From Malacoraja senta (Eukaryota), in the NCBI GenBank assembly GCA_038087875.1, contig CM075987.1, positions 18,354,001-18,414,000 of the forward strand: a DNA stretch of 60,000 nucleotides, written 5' to 3'. The position numbers were made by a program, and so were the translations under genes. Under the pieces are notes generated by a model. That model saw nothing but the letters and a program-made list of their open reading frames with translations, was not told where the DNA came from and searched no databases. Every line of letters starts with the position of its first letter. Position 1 is the stretch's first letter. Positions 11,286 through 23,960 of the stretch are shown here, piece after piece.

Positions 11286-13741
11286 ACACTGTAACAGAAG
11301 TCATGATACATGATGCAAATTGTAGTTATATACACTTTCCATTGAAAAGCCTATTAACAAATCTATGATTACATTAGTTATTTATTAAATGTAAATTATT
11401 CTATCTATGAGCTATTTGTAAAGGGCATAACATTATAAAGCTACTTATCATTTACAGACAGCCTTGTATCGATACATTGTCACAGCAATAAATCTCCTTA
11501 GTTCTGATCTCAACTAAAGCACGATAATGTCAGTTATGCTACTAATATATCCTGGAAATGATAAACCAAATAAATGATTTCTCCTTCCATTTTCACCTTT
11601 GACAAATCTTGCCTTCTGTATTATTAAGGATGCTTAGCCTGTTCCAAGCCACGTATACATTTCTAAACATCAAATATAAATGCCAAACTTGACACAGACC
11701 AACACATCCTCCTGCGCAATTGCAGTTGTCCGTTCTTGAAAAATGACATCAAGATATCTCAAATCCAAAAACAACAATTCCTGAATATTTTTTTTAATAT
11801 ATTGCTTCTCATCTTCTTGATTTAAGTAAACAAACCAACTCTCACTTCCATTCCTCATGGATAATGATCCTTTCTTTTCACGGCTGCGGGGGGGGGGGGG
11901 GGGGGTCATCACCTCTGACGGTTCCCTCTGGGTGGGTTTCAATCTAATTATCGTTCTTTGTTCTTTTACAAGATGTGCACGGTCTCTTCTACCACAGCAT
12001 CGACATCAAACTGGATTAAGGTGGCATTGTTACAAACACCCCAGAGATTTCCAGCAAAGGTGCAGTTATTAGCTACACTCTCTATGAACTGCCTGCCTTC
12101 TATCATCTGAACAAATCGCTGGGTCCATTTTTGAACCCCTTGCTACTGAGGATTCCATCACTCACAGAAGCAAGATTTCTGTCTCCTAGACTCGACACCT
12201 CAATCTGTGGCTGTCCTGTAGCTGTGCTCTTTGCTTTCCACTTTAAAGACCATAGAACCGTACTGTACAGGAAGAGACCTTTTGGCCCACAATGCCCGTG
12301 CCAAACTTAACGGCAGATTAAACTAATCCCCTTTGCCTGCACGTGATCCATGTCCCTCCATTCCCCGCATATTCATGCACCCATCTAAAATGCTCTTAAA
12401 TATCACTATCGTATCCGTCTCCATCACTGCCTCTGGCAGCGGGTTCCAGGCATCCACCGTGTGTGTGGGAGAAAAAACATACCCCGCATATCTTTAAACT
12501 TTGTCCCTCTTGCCTTACAGCTATGCCCTCGAATCCTTGACATTTCGATCATGGGGGGGGGGGGGGGGGGGATTGTTCTGACTGTCTACCCTATCTACCC
12601 TCGCATCATTTTATTTACTTTTAATCCATTGTCAAATATACATACATTTTTGCATCCTATGAAGATGAATGCATCATTTGCAATAGAAACTTGGTCCAAA
12701 TTTTAACCCTGGAATGAAGCCAATCTTATCAGAAGCAGTGAATTATTGAGCAATATGACACGACTATTAGAGCTGCTTAATATCTTCCTGACCCAGCCAG
12801 GTGATACACTGCATACACTCAATGAACACTTTTATCACACGTTTAAACTAAACTGCAAACACACTTTAAATTGGAAGTTCTGAAGGTGCTGCATTCTCCT
12901 TCAGTCTGCAAATAAACTCTGCTGTTTAGAGAGTCCCAAGACAATGCCTACAGTGCTCATTGCACTGGCTGAACTATCAATGTTCTCTTCCAGTTTCTCT
13001 GCAGGAATGCTAAGAGCATCCCTTTTCCCTTCCACGTTATTGTACCATTTTATATAACAGGTATCAACCCTGAGATGAGATTACCTGTCACGTTGTTGGT
13101 ATGCATGACTTGTATACTGTTCTAGAAGGTACCATTGAAGGAATGGTTAGCCATTATTTTGGCCTTGTTCAATATATCAAACCGGGTTATACTACTTATA
13201 GCTGATTGCATGGTCTGGAAATGGCCTGAAATCTGTAGAGGCTTATTAAATCACTGGTTTAAAGTTGGCACCGTTCATTTGGTGGTTCAGATCGACCTGG
13301 TCTTCACTGCGATGGTCAGCACGGAGAAGGGTTCAGAAAAGAGAGGGGAAGATGGATGGAGGTTAAACATTAGTGGGACTGGGTGACGTCGAAGTTTGTA
13401 GGTGAGGGTTCAAAATGATGGGATGGTGGAGGTTCTGAGAGAGAGAGAGAGACTCCACATAAAATGGACCAGAAACGCAGAGGTTATGTCCAGGCATGCC
13501 ATGCATGACATGAAACTCCACCACATTTGTCCAGTCTTCTCCATTTTACCATTTATAAAGGATCATGACCCTCCTCCCAATGAGGAATACACAGTACACA
13601 GAACATAGAACACTACAACACAGTAATGGGCCCTTCGGCCTACGATGTTTGTACCAAACATGACGCTAAGTTAAACTGATCTCATCAGCCTGTACACGAT
13701 TCAAATCCCTCTATTCCTTGCACTTACAGCACATATGCCTA

Positions 13742-14248
13742 CCTTAGGTGTCAACTGCTCTTCATCGGTGAGACCAAGTGCAGGCTTGGCGATCGCTTCG
13801 CCCAACACCTCCGCTCAGTTTGCATTAACCAACCTGATCTCCTGGTGGCTCAGCACTTCAACTCCCCCTCCCATTCCGAATCCGACCTTTCTGTCCTGGG
13901 CCTCCTCCATAGCCAGAGTGAGTGCCATCGCAAATTGGAGGAGCAGCACCTCATATTTCGCTTAGGTAGTTTACACCCCAGCGGTATGAACATTGACTTC
14001 TCCAATTTCAGTTAGTCCTGGCTTTCTTCCTCCTTCCCCTCCCCTTCCCAGCTCTCCCACAGCCTGCTGTCTCCGCCCCTTCCTTTCTTCTTGCCGCCCC
14101 CCCCATCCCCACATCAGTCTGAAGAAGGGTCTCGACCCGAAACGTCACCTATTCCTTTGCTCCATAGATGCTGCCTCACCCGCTGAGTTTCTCCAGCATT
14201 TTTGTCTACCTTTGATTTTTCCAGCATCTGCATTCCTTTCTTAAACAA
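13742..14248 (+). mobile_element. 5'-truncated Penelope-like element: GIY-YIG endonuclease C-terminus plus terminal repeat
   Basis: 13746-14015 reads RCQLLFIGETKCRLGDRFAQHLRSVCINQPDLLVAQHFNSPSHSESDLSVLGLLHSQSECHRKLEEQHLIFRLGSLHPSGMNIDFSNFS*. TSD ATGCCTA at 13735-13741 and 14249-14255. Inserted into a CR1 tail. Confidence 0.88.
14119..14146 (+). ncRNA. Minimal type I hammerhead ribozyme motif (PLE-associated)
   Basis: CUGAAGA-A-GGGUC(UC)GACCC-GAAAC-GUC: core boxes, stem II, palindromic ACGU stem III and a GUC triplet. Stem I is only about 2 bp. Confidence 0.6.
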
Positions 14249-14965
14249 ATGCCTATCTAAAAGCCTTTTAAACTATCGTATCTGCCTCCACCATCACCCC
14301 TGGCAATGTGATCCAGGCCCCCACCCCTCTCTGTGTAAAAAAAAAAAAAACTTGTTCCGCACATCTCCATTAAACTTTCCTCCTCTCACTTTATTTCTTC
14401 TCTGGGGAAAAAGGTTTTGACTGACTACCTTCTCTATGCCTCTCATAATTTTATACACTTCTACAAAGTCTCCCCTCAACCTCTGATGTTCCCGAGAAAA
14501 CATTCCAAGTTTATCCAACCTCTCTTTGTATCTAAAACCCTCTAATCCAGGCAGTAAATTAATGGTTTACCTGTATGATTAAAATCAGCATTGTATATGA
14601 AACTTTAACATGACATTATCCATTAGGAGGCCATTGACTCTCTAATAGCATGTTGTTATCCTGTCAGAAGATCTGATTTGAAATGAAACTCTGGCTTTTA
14701 ACAAGTACAGGAAAATAATGTTAGGTAGAAATGGTGATGCTTGGGCTTCTGTGTCGATAACATTTCTCCCAAGAAGATGACAATCTTTAAAATTCATATG
14801 TTCTTGAATTTTGCTCTCTTTTTAGAGAACAATGTAAATGTAATGTTTGTCACAGTAAAAACAAAATTGTGCGAGGAACAATCTTAATCTGACAATCAAC
14901 CTGTGGATCACAGCATAAATAGGGTTAACTAGCATGCACTACGTGAATGACAGTTAATCCTTCGA

Positions 14966-15250
14966 GCGGCACAGTGGCACATCTGGTAGAACTGTTGTCT
15001 CACAGCACTAGTTCTACTAGCACGGGTTCATTCCTGAGCTCGGGTGCTGTCTGTGTGGAGTTTGCATGTTCGCATAGGTTTCCTGCGAGTGCTCTGGTTT
15101 CCTCCCACATCCCAAAGATGTGCGGGTTTATAGGTTAATTGGCCTCTGTAAATTGCCTCTCGTGTGTGGGGAGTGGATGAGAAAGTGGGATAACGTAAAA
15201 CTATTGTGAATGGGCGATCGATGATCGGCATGGATTTGGTGGGCCAAAGA
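14966..15250 (+). mobile_element. HE1/V-SINE-like copy
   Basis: gcggcacagtggcacatctggtagaa...tgtgtggagtttgcatgttc... Confidence 0.8.
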
Positions 15251-15277
15251 GACCAAAAGAGATCAACGAGACAACAT

Positions 15278-15371
15278 TTTTGATTAAACTTGCAATCGAG
15301 TGATTGATTGAAAAATACAGCGTGGAAACAGTATTTTTCAATCAATTACTCGATTGCAAGTTTAATCAAAA
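15278..15371. repeat. 41-bp inverted repeat with 12-nt loop
   Basis: Arms 15278-15318 and 15331-15371, one mismatch (G-U pair on the + strand). Confidence 0.92.
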
Positions 15372-17119
15372 TTCCTTTGATACCGGCCACTTAATTCTTA
15401 TCCTGTGGGTTATTTTTACCATCTGATCAACCTTGCGATCATTCATGGCTCCTCTACTCTCAAAATCAATATTACAGAGAAGGCTTCTCTCATCTGTCCT
15501 TGTATCCCTCTCCACTCATTTCCCAAATCCACTTATTTAGAAAGGTTCAGATTAAAATCTCTCCCAGGATCACCTACAAAGACCTAACTGCCTGTTCTTC
15601 ACTGCTCTATTCTACCCGAATCACTTTCCATCCTCCACTTATGACATACTTCAACCCAGTTATTTGCATTTGTATGGCATCTACCTTGCTGATATAGAGG
15701 CAGTTAAAAATAAGTTGACACGCTGACTAATTGAGTCGTGTTCTGCAAAGCTCAGCTTTGCCTATAAAACAGTATTTTACACACTCATACCCAAGATCTT
15801 TTCCCTTGACAAATGAAGCTGTTGGTCATGAATGATACTTGCTTTCATTGACATTTCAGATCAGATTGAAAACTCTGGCAAATGTGCAGTTGCAAAATAA
15901 GTTGTTGACTGTGGACCTTCCCAGCTGTCAGAGACTGGGGAAGGTCAGTCAACATCACCAAGACTCGTTTGCTGACCTGAATAGCTGGGCTGAAGTCTTT
16001 GCTAGTTTCTGTCATGAAAGATGAGAATGTGCCCAAGGCTGAGCCTTGTGAATAAATGCACAGGCACTATACTGCCCTTATGCATGCCAACTGATGAATA
16101 TTGTAGAAGAGCAAGCACGAGTTGTTTACAGGGCATTTTTGGTGGCATAGTAGCAAAACTTATAGAGTTGCTACCTCACAGCTCCAGTGACCAAAGACCA
16201 ATCCTGACTTTCTGTGCTAGCTCTGTGGAGTTTGCATGCTCTCCCTGTGACTGCGTTGGTCACAAACACCTGATGGCTTTAGGTGCATTTGCTTACATTG
16301 CACATTCTGCTGCCCAGATGTTTTTCAGGCAGTTCTAATGAAAGCCCAATAATAGATTGGGTAGATAATCAGAACCTTTGTCTCAGGAGGGAAATATCAA
16401 CATAGCTTTAAGGTGAGAGGAGCAAAGTTTAAGGGAAATGTGCAGAGCAAGATGTTTTTATACTGTGGGTAGTGGGTGCCAGGGGGGGGGGTGTGGTGGA
16501 GGCAGATACGATAGTGTCGTTTAAGAGGCTTTCATATAGGCACATGGATATGCAAGGAATGGAGGGATATGGTTCATGTGCGGGCAGAGCTTAGTTTATC
16601 TTGGCATCATGTTCAGCACGGCATAGTGGGCTGAAGGGCCTGCTCCTATGCTGTACTGTTCTATGTAATATGCTTCGGGCATGATTCTCTACCTACAGAT
16701 TACACCTTGATCTGCTGAGTGTTTCCAGCAATTTATTTTTATATTTTGTATTTGACTAATTGCGCTGTTAATTGATTGGTGTTAATTTCCCAGCCTCCAG
16801 TTTCTAGTGCCTTTTGTCGTTCTGGCATACATTACTAGCGGTGAGACTGAGAAAAATCACACAAAGGAGTGTTGATGCATTTTATTCTTGATTACAGAAC
16901 AACACCCCCAGAGAGCATAAATGTGTTATGCAGCAGAGCCTTTGTGGGGAGTTTTCACATTCAGTCCATTACCAAGATGAATATTGCCAACATGGCCATT
17001 TTACTGTTTGCAAGATCAACTTGCCCAGATGAATGCAGTCACCATATTTCAAAATAATTCAAAATATGTGAATATCTTTTTGTGATTCTTATTTTAGTGA
17101 AATATCATTGTCTCTGAGA

Positions 17120-17323
17120 TGCAGTTGAGGTAGTTCATTGGCTATATTGAGGCCAGTTCATTGGCTATATTTAAGAGGGAGTTAGATGTGGCCCTTGTGG
17201 CTACATGGAGAGAAGGCAGGGATGGGATACTGAGTTGGATGATCAGCTATGATCATATTGAATGGCGGTGCAGGCTCGAAGGGCCGAATGGCCTACTCCT
17301 GCACCTATTTTCTATGTTTCTAT
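17120..17323 (+). mobile_element. CR1 LINE 3' end
   Basis: gatcatattgaatggcggtgcaggctcgaagggccgaatggcctactcctgcacctattttctatgtttctatg. Confidence 0.8.
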
Positions 17324-18764
17324 GCTCCTGAAATCCCTGTCCATGGCCAAGCTTTTGGTCACATGCAACTATCTCTCTTTGTGAGATCTACAAAGTGCTG
17401 GGGGAAGTCAGCAGGTCAGGCACATTCTGTGGAAGGAATGGACAGACGATGTTTCAAGTAGAGACCCTTTCCTCACAAGGGACAGACATCAACTGACGTC
17501 TGAAGCCCAGACTATCTACCTATGTGACACATTTTTTGTGCTAATGTATGAGATGACTTGAGACACTATTATGTTAAAAGGCACTTTATAAAGTCAAATA
17601 ATTGCTTTTGGTCACGTCTTATTAATGCTATCTTTCCTTCCGTTTCACCATTGCCCCCATAAGTGAAAATGACACTGTTTTGCCTTTGTCACTTAAAGTG
17701 ACAAACAATAGCTACAGAACATAGCATAGTTACATGTGCACAGTAGGAAGATATGTTGCAAAGTTCTGCCTCTTCTAATGCCTAGGAGGGCTGGGAATGG
17801 ACACTCCAAAGCCTCATGTCTGACTTCAATTCCGCCATGAAAGAAGACAATCAGAGCCACAGAGGTATTCACAGATATAATCCTTGCTTAGATACATCTC
17901 ATTGTGTTTGACATTATCAATTAATTCTCTTCCCCTGATCTCAACAGCTTTTTGAAAGCTAGTGCACAGATTTATATTCCCCTTTGCATAAAGATATACT
18001 TCATGCCATCACCGAAGAGCAGCTTCAGTCTAATATTAAAGTTATACCACCTTCTTCTGGACTCCATCATCAACATAAATTGTTTTTCCTATTACCCAAG
18101 CACATTCTTTAATCATCTTAAATGTGCCAAGTAGACCAACCCTTCTGAATTCAGTCCAAGTCTGTGAAGTCTGGCTTATGAAATACCTTGAGCAAAACAC
18201 AAAGTACTGGAGAAACCCACGAGTCGGGCAACATCTGTGGAGGCAATGGGCGGATGCCATTTTGGGTCGGGACCCTTCCTCAGACTGATTGGAGTAATAT
18301 TTATTTTTCAATCTTTCTTCCCCTTACTTCATCAATGTAAAGAAGGGTTCTGGCCTGTAACATCTTCTGTTTATTTCCCTCCCCAGATCCTACATCAATT
18401 ATAATCTAACATCTACAGTTTCTTGTGTTTCCTTAAATAACTTATTAAACTGTTGTGTTGCCCCAGTAACTCTTCCAAGGCTGATTTATCCATCATGGGG
18501 TGTTGAGGAGATCAACAGGGCTCTGTGCAGTTACAATGTGACACTCAACCTTTTGTATTCCAAACTCCCTAAAAATAAACTCCAACTTTGCACAAAAGGC
18601 CTTTTAAATATCTGGGCACCAAAGGAGCCTCAAAGCATTGTTGACTTACAGCTGTTCACTAATAATCTATAGGTTAAAATATGGCATCTCCTGAAAATTG
18701 AACAGAAATATTCAGCAGACTAGGCAGCACCGGAAGAAGATGAAGTAATCATAATCGTAATCAT

Positions 18765-19425
18765 ACTTTATTAGCCAAGTATGTTTTGTAACATACGAGG
18801 AATTTGATTTGCCATGCAGTCATACCAATAAAAAGTAACAGAGCACACAAAATACATTTTAACATAAACATCCACCAAAGTGACTCCTCCACATTCCTCA
18901 CTGTGATGGAAGGGGAAAAAAAAGTTCAATCTCTTCCCTTCTTTATTCTCCCATGGTCGGAGGCCTCGAGCCTTCCGTTGACGGGATGATTTGGCTCCCA
19001 TAGCCGGCGGTCGGGCCCTCCGTGTCGGGGCGATAAAGCTCCTGCATCGGGGGGGATCTCATCTCCCTCGCGCCGGGGGAGGAACTAGTTGATCCTCCTG
19101 CGACTTTGGAGCTTCCCGACATCGGTCTCTATCTGAGACTCGATGTTGAAAGCGGTTGGAGCGTCGATCCCAGGCAAGGGATCGCAGGCTCCGATGGTAA
19201 GTCCACGGCTCCGCGGTGGGGTTCAAAGTCAGTCTCGAGCAAGGCCTCCAGCTCCATGATGTTAGGCCGCAGAGCGACCGGAGATACCATCAGGAAAACA
19301 ATCATATCTCCGGCAAGGTAAGAGATTGAAAAAAAAAAGTTTCCCCCACCTCCCACATAAAACAAGAACATCCAGAGAACATTAACAAAAACTTTAAAAA
19401 CACACTAAAAATCACAAATTTGAAA
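18765..19425 (-). mobile_element. CpG-rich non-autonomous retroposon (variant 2)
   Basis: Shared blocks aaacatcc...ttcctcactgtgatggaagg, ccatgatgttaggccgc and gtttcccccacc. Short tandem tail at about 18745-18765. Confidence 0.6.
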
Positions 19426-19428
19426 CTA

Positions 19429-19430
<2 letters not shown>

Positions 19431-19464
<34 letters not shown>
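19431..19464. repeat. (AT)n microsatellite
   Basis: About 17 AT units. Confidence 0.97.
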
Positions 19465-19466
<2 letters not shown>

Positions 19467-19590
19467 CTCATTTTGAGGAAGCACGGGGAGGGAAAAAAGT
19501 AGGGAGGAAGGACGAAAGTAAGTGGTGATTCTGTAATTGGGTGCAAGACGGGAGAGGGAATATAAGCAGAATGATTTCCTACATACTAAA

Positions 19591-19719
19591 GGTAGATAAA
19601 AATGCTAGAGAAACTCAGTGGGTGAGGCAGCATCTATGGAGCGATGGAATAGGTGACGTTTCGGGTCGAGACCCTTCTTCAGACCGATTTTTCCAGCATC
19701 TGCAGTTCCTTCTTAAACA
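19591..19719. mobile_element. Young PLE insertion with 5' inversion and 14-bp TSD
   Basis: TSD TCCTACATACTAAA at 19577-19590 and 19720-19733. Intact hammerhead core on the - strand at 19655-19682. Confidence 0.85.
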
Positions 19720-21883
19720 TCCTACATACTAAATATAATTTGTACGATTATTGTCTTGTAATCTTACAAAGTTATTGTAAATTAATATTGTAATGTTACT
19801 GTAATGTAGCAGGAACATTACTGTTTGTAACGTAATATTTTGTACAGTTACGTACTAAACTGTACATGCAATGTTACTGTCTCACTGACAGAGTAACAGA
19901 AAACCCATAGAGGATACATATTTACACTACGCATTCAAAATTCAACCCTCCACTTCTTCACAGTAATCAAACTCTTGCTGAACACGAATGATTCCAGCTC
20001 TTACTAACTCAAGTTTCCAAACTACCATTTCCTTTTTGGCAGGATTTTTGTGTATATTGGTACCAAATGTTTATTACCGTTTAAAATGTAAAATGCTCAG
20101 CAGGTCGGGCAGCACTTGTGTGGCCTGTGTAAATTGCCTCTAGTGTGTATGGAGTAGATGCGAAAGTGGGATAACATAGAACTGGTGTGAACCGGGTGAT
20201 CAATGCGGACTCAGTTTACCAGCTGTATCTTTCAATCAATCAACCTCCCAAGGGAGATACATGCCCGAGTTGCCCTATGTGTGCCCAAGAAGCCACTCTC
20301 AGAATGGCCTTTGGGATCACCAGACGAAGCAAACTCTTGTCAAGCCTGGTGCACCGATGCTTCCATCTATCCACTATCTATCTACCACTGTTGGAATGGA
20401 AACATATCCAAGCAGGGATTTCAGCCTCTCTGACCTATCCCAGTGTGTTTTGCTCCTTATTGCAAGTGGAAAACAAAATGCCACAACATTTTCATCCAGT
20501 TTCTTTAAAAATGTTTTAATGAGTTCTGTGCACGTTAATGATATTATTAAGTACACAAAATACAATGGAATTTTTGGATGAATCGGAACAGGAAATGCTT
20601 GGTCCAAATTCCCTAATGGGCCTCAACTCGAAATGAGCATGAGAGGTGAATTTTGTGTTTTACGTGAGATTTGCACATTAAGAAACAGCTGCAGTTTTGT
20701 AAATCCTATTTCGATGTCTGTGATAAGTTAAACAGAGATTGGAACTGAGTGACAAAACAGATGAGAACCCAAGGCCAAGGCTGGGGGGGTAAAGGGATGA
20801 CAAAGTGAGCTCAGAGGATCAGGAGAACTGTTACCAGCTCACACGATCTGAGAAAATAGAAATAACAAGAGCACTTCACTCATCCTCTCTGATCAGTTGA
20901 TGCACTTTTTCAGCCAATTTTTTACACATTTTACTAAAACAATTGAAATGGATCAGGGTTCATATGTCCTAGCATTCAAACTTATATGTGGCAAAACCCC
21001 ATAGAAATAGTGGAATTTAACATGTGTTAAATTTTGGGTGTGAGCTGCATCAAATTGCATCATTCTGTGTGACTCTGCTGTTGGGGATCCACAGGGTAGA
21101 TCGGCACAAATTGGCCCAGGAACCACCGCTGCTGCACTTTTCCGGGGTAACTAAATCTTCACAGTGCAGTATTGAAAATAGACACAAAGTGCAGGAGTAA
21201 CTCAGCGGGTCAGGCAGCTTCTCTGTACACCTTTCTCAATAGGGCAGTGCTGAAATTGGATTCTGGTTAGATAAGTCCCATAAAAAGTCGATTCTTTATA
21301 TCCCATCTTTGCTGTGCCCCTCACTCGACCCAACAATGCGACCTCACCCTGAGCTCCTGATCTTCCCTCTAATCAGTCTGAACTCCCACACTCCCTTTGG
21401 CCCCGAGCCCCTGATTTAAACAAGAGCCACGAATGCCCGCAGGGTGTCCTGAATTCCACCCTGAATCCTTCCCTGCCACTTGAATGACATCCAGACCCTC
21501 TCCCCACCCCTTTCTGGCTGTGTACCTAATATTGCCTCCACTAAACCTTGCCCTAAGCCATCACATCTGCATCAGCAAAAGTGGACAATGCCTTTTCAAC
21601 AACACTTGCTGAACTCTGCAATACCAAGCACACAATCAAAACATTTGTTAGTGATCGTTGCTCGGGCCACTGGGGACACTTGAATAAATAAAGCATTATT
21701 TATTTGAAGAGAAGGTAGGTGGTACAGTTGTGGTCGCCTCTGCCTTGACTGGAGGTTGGTAGCCTTGCCCATGACTACCTGGAATGGTTAATGTAACTGT
21801 ACTTCATGAACTGTACTTGGAATGGTTAACTTAACTGCGTTTAGTTGCCTCAATGTTTGACCCTCCTGTCATTTTCTTTCTAG

Positions 21884-22100
21884 GTACAGTTGCCATGGAT
21901 CTACAGAATACAGAGTGCCGCCCATCCAGTGGCACCACTTTGACTCTGCCTACGGAGAATGGAGCTGGAGGTCGAAGGCCCAGCATTGCACCCGTCCTGG
22001 AAATCGCAGACACTTCTGCCATTCTGCCCTGCGATCTCTTAAACGACCAGTCGGAAGATGAGGCAAATCCGTCTGATGATGAGAGCTTACCTACCCCCGA
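21884..22100 (+). CDS. KCNT1: KCNT1 exon, 217 nt: [72 protein letters not shown](E)
   Basis: Acceptor ttttctttctag|, donor GA|gtgagt. Matches the KCNT1 RCK1-RCK2 linker; phases fit both neighbours. Confidence 0.96.
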
Positions 22101-22184
22101 GTGAGTTAGCTACCTTAAGGATGAATTTGAACCGATAATTAATGACTGAGTCATTAGATATTTCTGTTTGTGCTTGTGTTTGGT

Positions 22185-22505
22185 GTAGCTGACCTCAGCA
22201 CTGTGGCAGAGACCCAAGTTCGATCCTGACCTCGGGCGCTGTCTGTGTGGAGTTTTCGCGTTCTTCATGTCACCGCGTGTGTTTCCTCTGGCTGCTCTAG
22301 TTCCCCCCCCCCCCCCCCCCCACACTTCTCAAAAACATGCGGGTTTGTAGGTTACTTGGTCTCTGTAAATTGCCCCTAGTGGGGAGGGAGTGGATGAGAA
22401 AGTGGGATAACATAGAATAGTGTGAACGGATGATTGATGGATGGCGTGGACCCAGTGGGCCAAAGGGCCGGTTTCCTTGCTGTATCTTTCAATCAATTCA
22501 ATTCA
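22185..22505 (+). mobile_element. HE1/V-SINE-like copy
   Basis: B-box-like aagttcgatcc, V-domain, tail ctgtatctttcaatcaattcaattcaat. Confidence 0.8.
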
Positions 22506-22969
22506 ATCCCTGGGATTGTGGACAAGCGGTTTTATAAAACTGTGGATCCCCAAGTACATTCAAACACAGAAGCATACGAATATCATGAATCTCAAACTGC
22601 TTGAGTTCCTCCTCTACACCTGAGGTTGGAATGTTCTCCTTTCTTGCTTGCACCGCTGAATAACAAGTTATTCCCTCAGCCCTCTTTATAACCTCCAACT
22701 GACCGCTGTCTATGACTAGAATGATACCAATGTCCCCTCAGCCCATTTGATTTCATCTTACCAGAATAACAATCCTATTGTATTCTTTCTGTTGCATCCA
22801 TCTGTATTTTTAAATGAGTTTTTAAAGGTCATTATATTCATGTCAGTATAAAAAAAAAACTTTAAAGTACTGTGTATTTGTTCAGATAGTACTTTTGATG
22901 CTTATTTACTCCATTGACCAATTTATCTGCATCATCCCTCAACAATTGGCTTTAACTGCTACTAATTTG

Positions 22970-23282
22970 GGTGACACAGTAATGCAGAGGTAGAGCCACT
23001 TCCTCACAGCGCCAGAGACCCGGGTTCGATCCTAACCTCGGGTGCTGTCTGTGTGGTGTTTGCACATTTTTCCAGTGACCACATGGGATTCCTTTGGCTG
23101 CTCCACTTTCCTCCCACATCCCAAAAGACGAGTAGTTTTACAAGTTAAACGACCTCTGTAAATTCCCGCCCCCATGTGTAAGATGTGGGTGTGAAAGTGG
23201 GCTAACATGGAACCAGTGTGAACGGGGACATGGATGCGGTGGGCCCAAGGGCCTATTTCCATGTTGTATCTCTAAAACTAAA
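22970..23282 (+). mobile_element. HE1/V-SINE-like copy
   Basis: cacagcgccagagacccgggttcgatcc head, tail gtatctctaaaactaaa. Confidence 0.8.
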
Positions 23283-23671
23283 TCTGTTTCCTTCCTTATC
23301 CTTCAATTCCCTGCTTATACATGTGCCTATGTGCCCTATTTAAAACCTCCTTAAACACTATTATTGTATCTACCTCCACCCCTTAACTTGAGAAATAATG
23401 TGATTACCTTACTGTGAACAATTCACTGAGTAGCAAGGGAATGGAAGGACTTGAAATGTGCAGGTAGATGATATTCATTGATCTTGGCATCAGGTTCAAC
23501 ACAGACTGCACTTCACAGGACAGAAGGGCCTGTTCCTGTGCTGTATTGTTCTGTGTTCTATAGGGTAGAGAACATATCAAGGTTGAGAGATGCAAGGAAC
23601 TGCAGATGCTGTAATCTTACTGTAAGATTTTTAGGCAGTAGCTTTAATGATCCTCGGGTGGTCTAGATTCA

Positions 23672-23960
23672 GGGGCGGCATGGTGCCGCAGCGGTAGAGT
23701 TGCTGCCTTACAGAACCAGAGACCCAGGTTCCATCCTGTCTGCGGATGCTGTCTGTACGGAGCGTTCTCCATGTATCAATGGAAGTTTTCTACGGGTGCT
23801 CCAGTTTCCTCCCACACTCCAAAGACGTACAGTTCTGGTTCAGGCTCTGGTAAAATTGCCCCTAGTGTGTAGGATTGTGCTAGTGTGCGGGGATCACTGG
23901 TCGGCACAGACCCGGTGGGCCGAAGGGCCTGTTTCCGCACTGTATCTCTAAACTAAACAA
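23672..23960 (+). mobile_element. HE1/V-SINE-like copy
   Basis: ggggcggcatggtgccgcagcggtagagttgctgcc head, tail tgtatctctaaactaaac. Confidence 0.85.
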
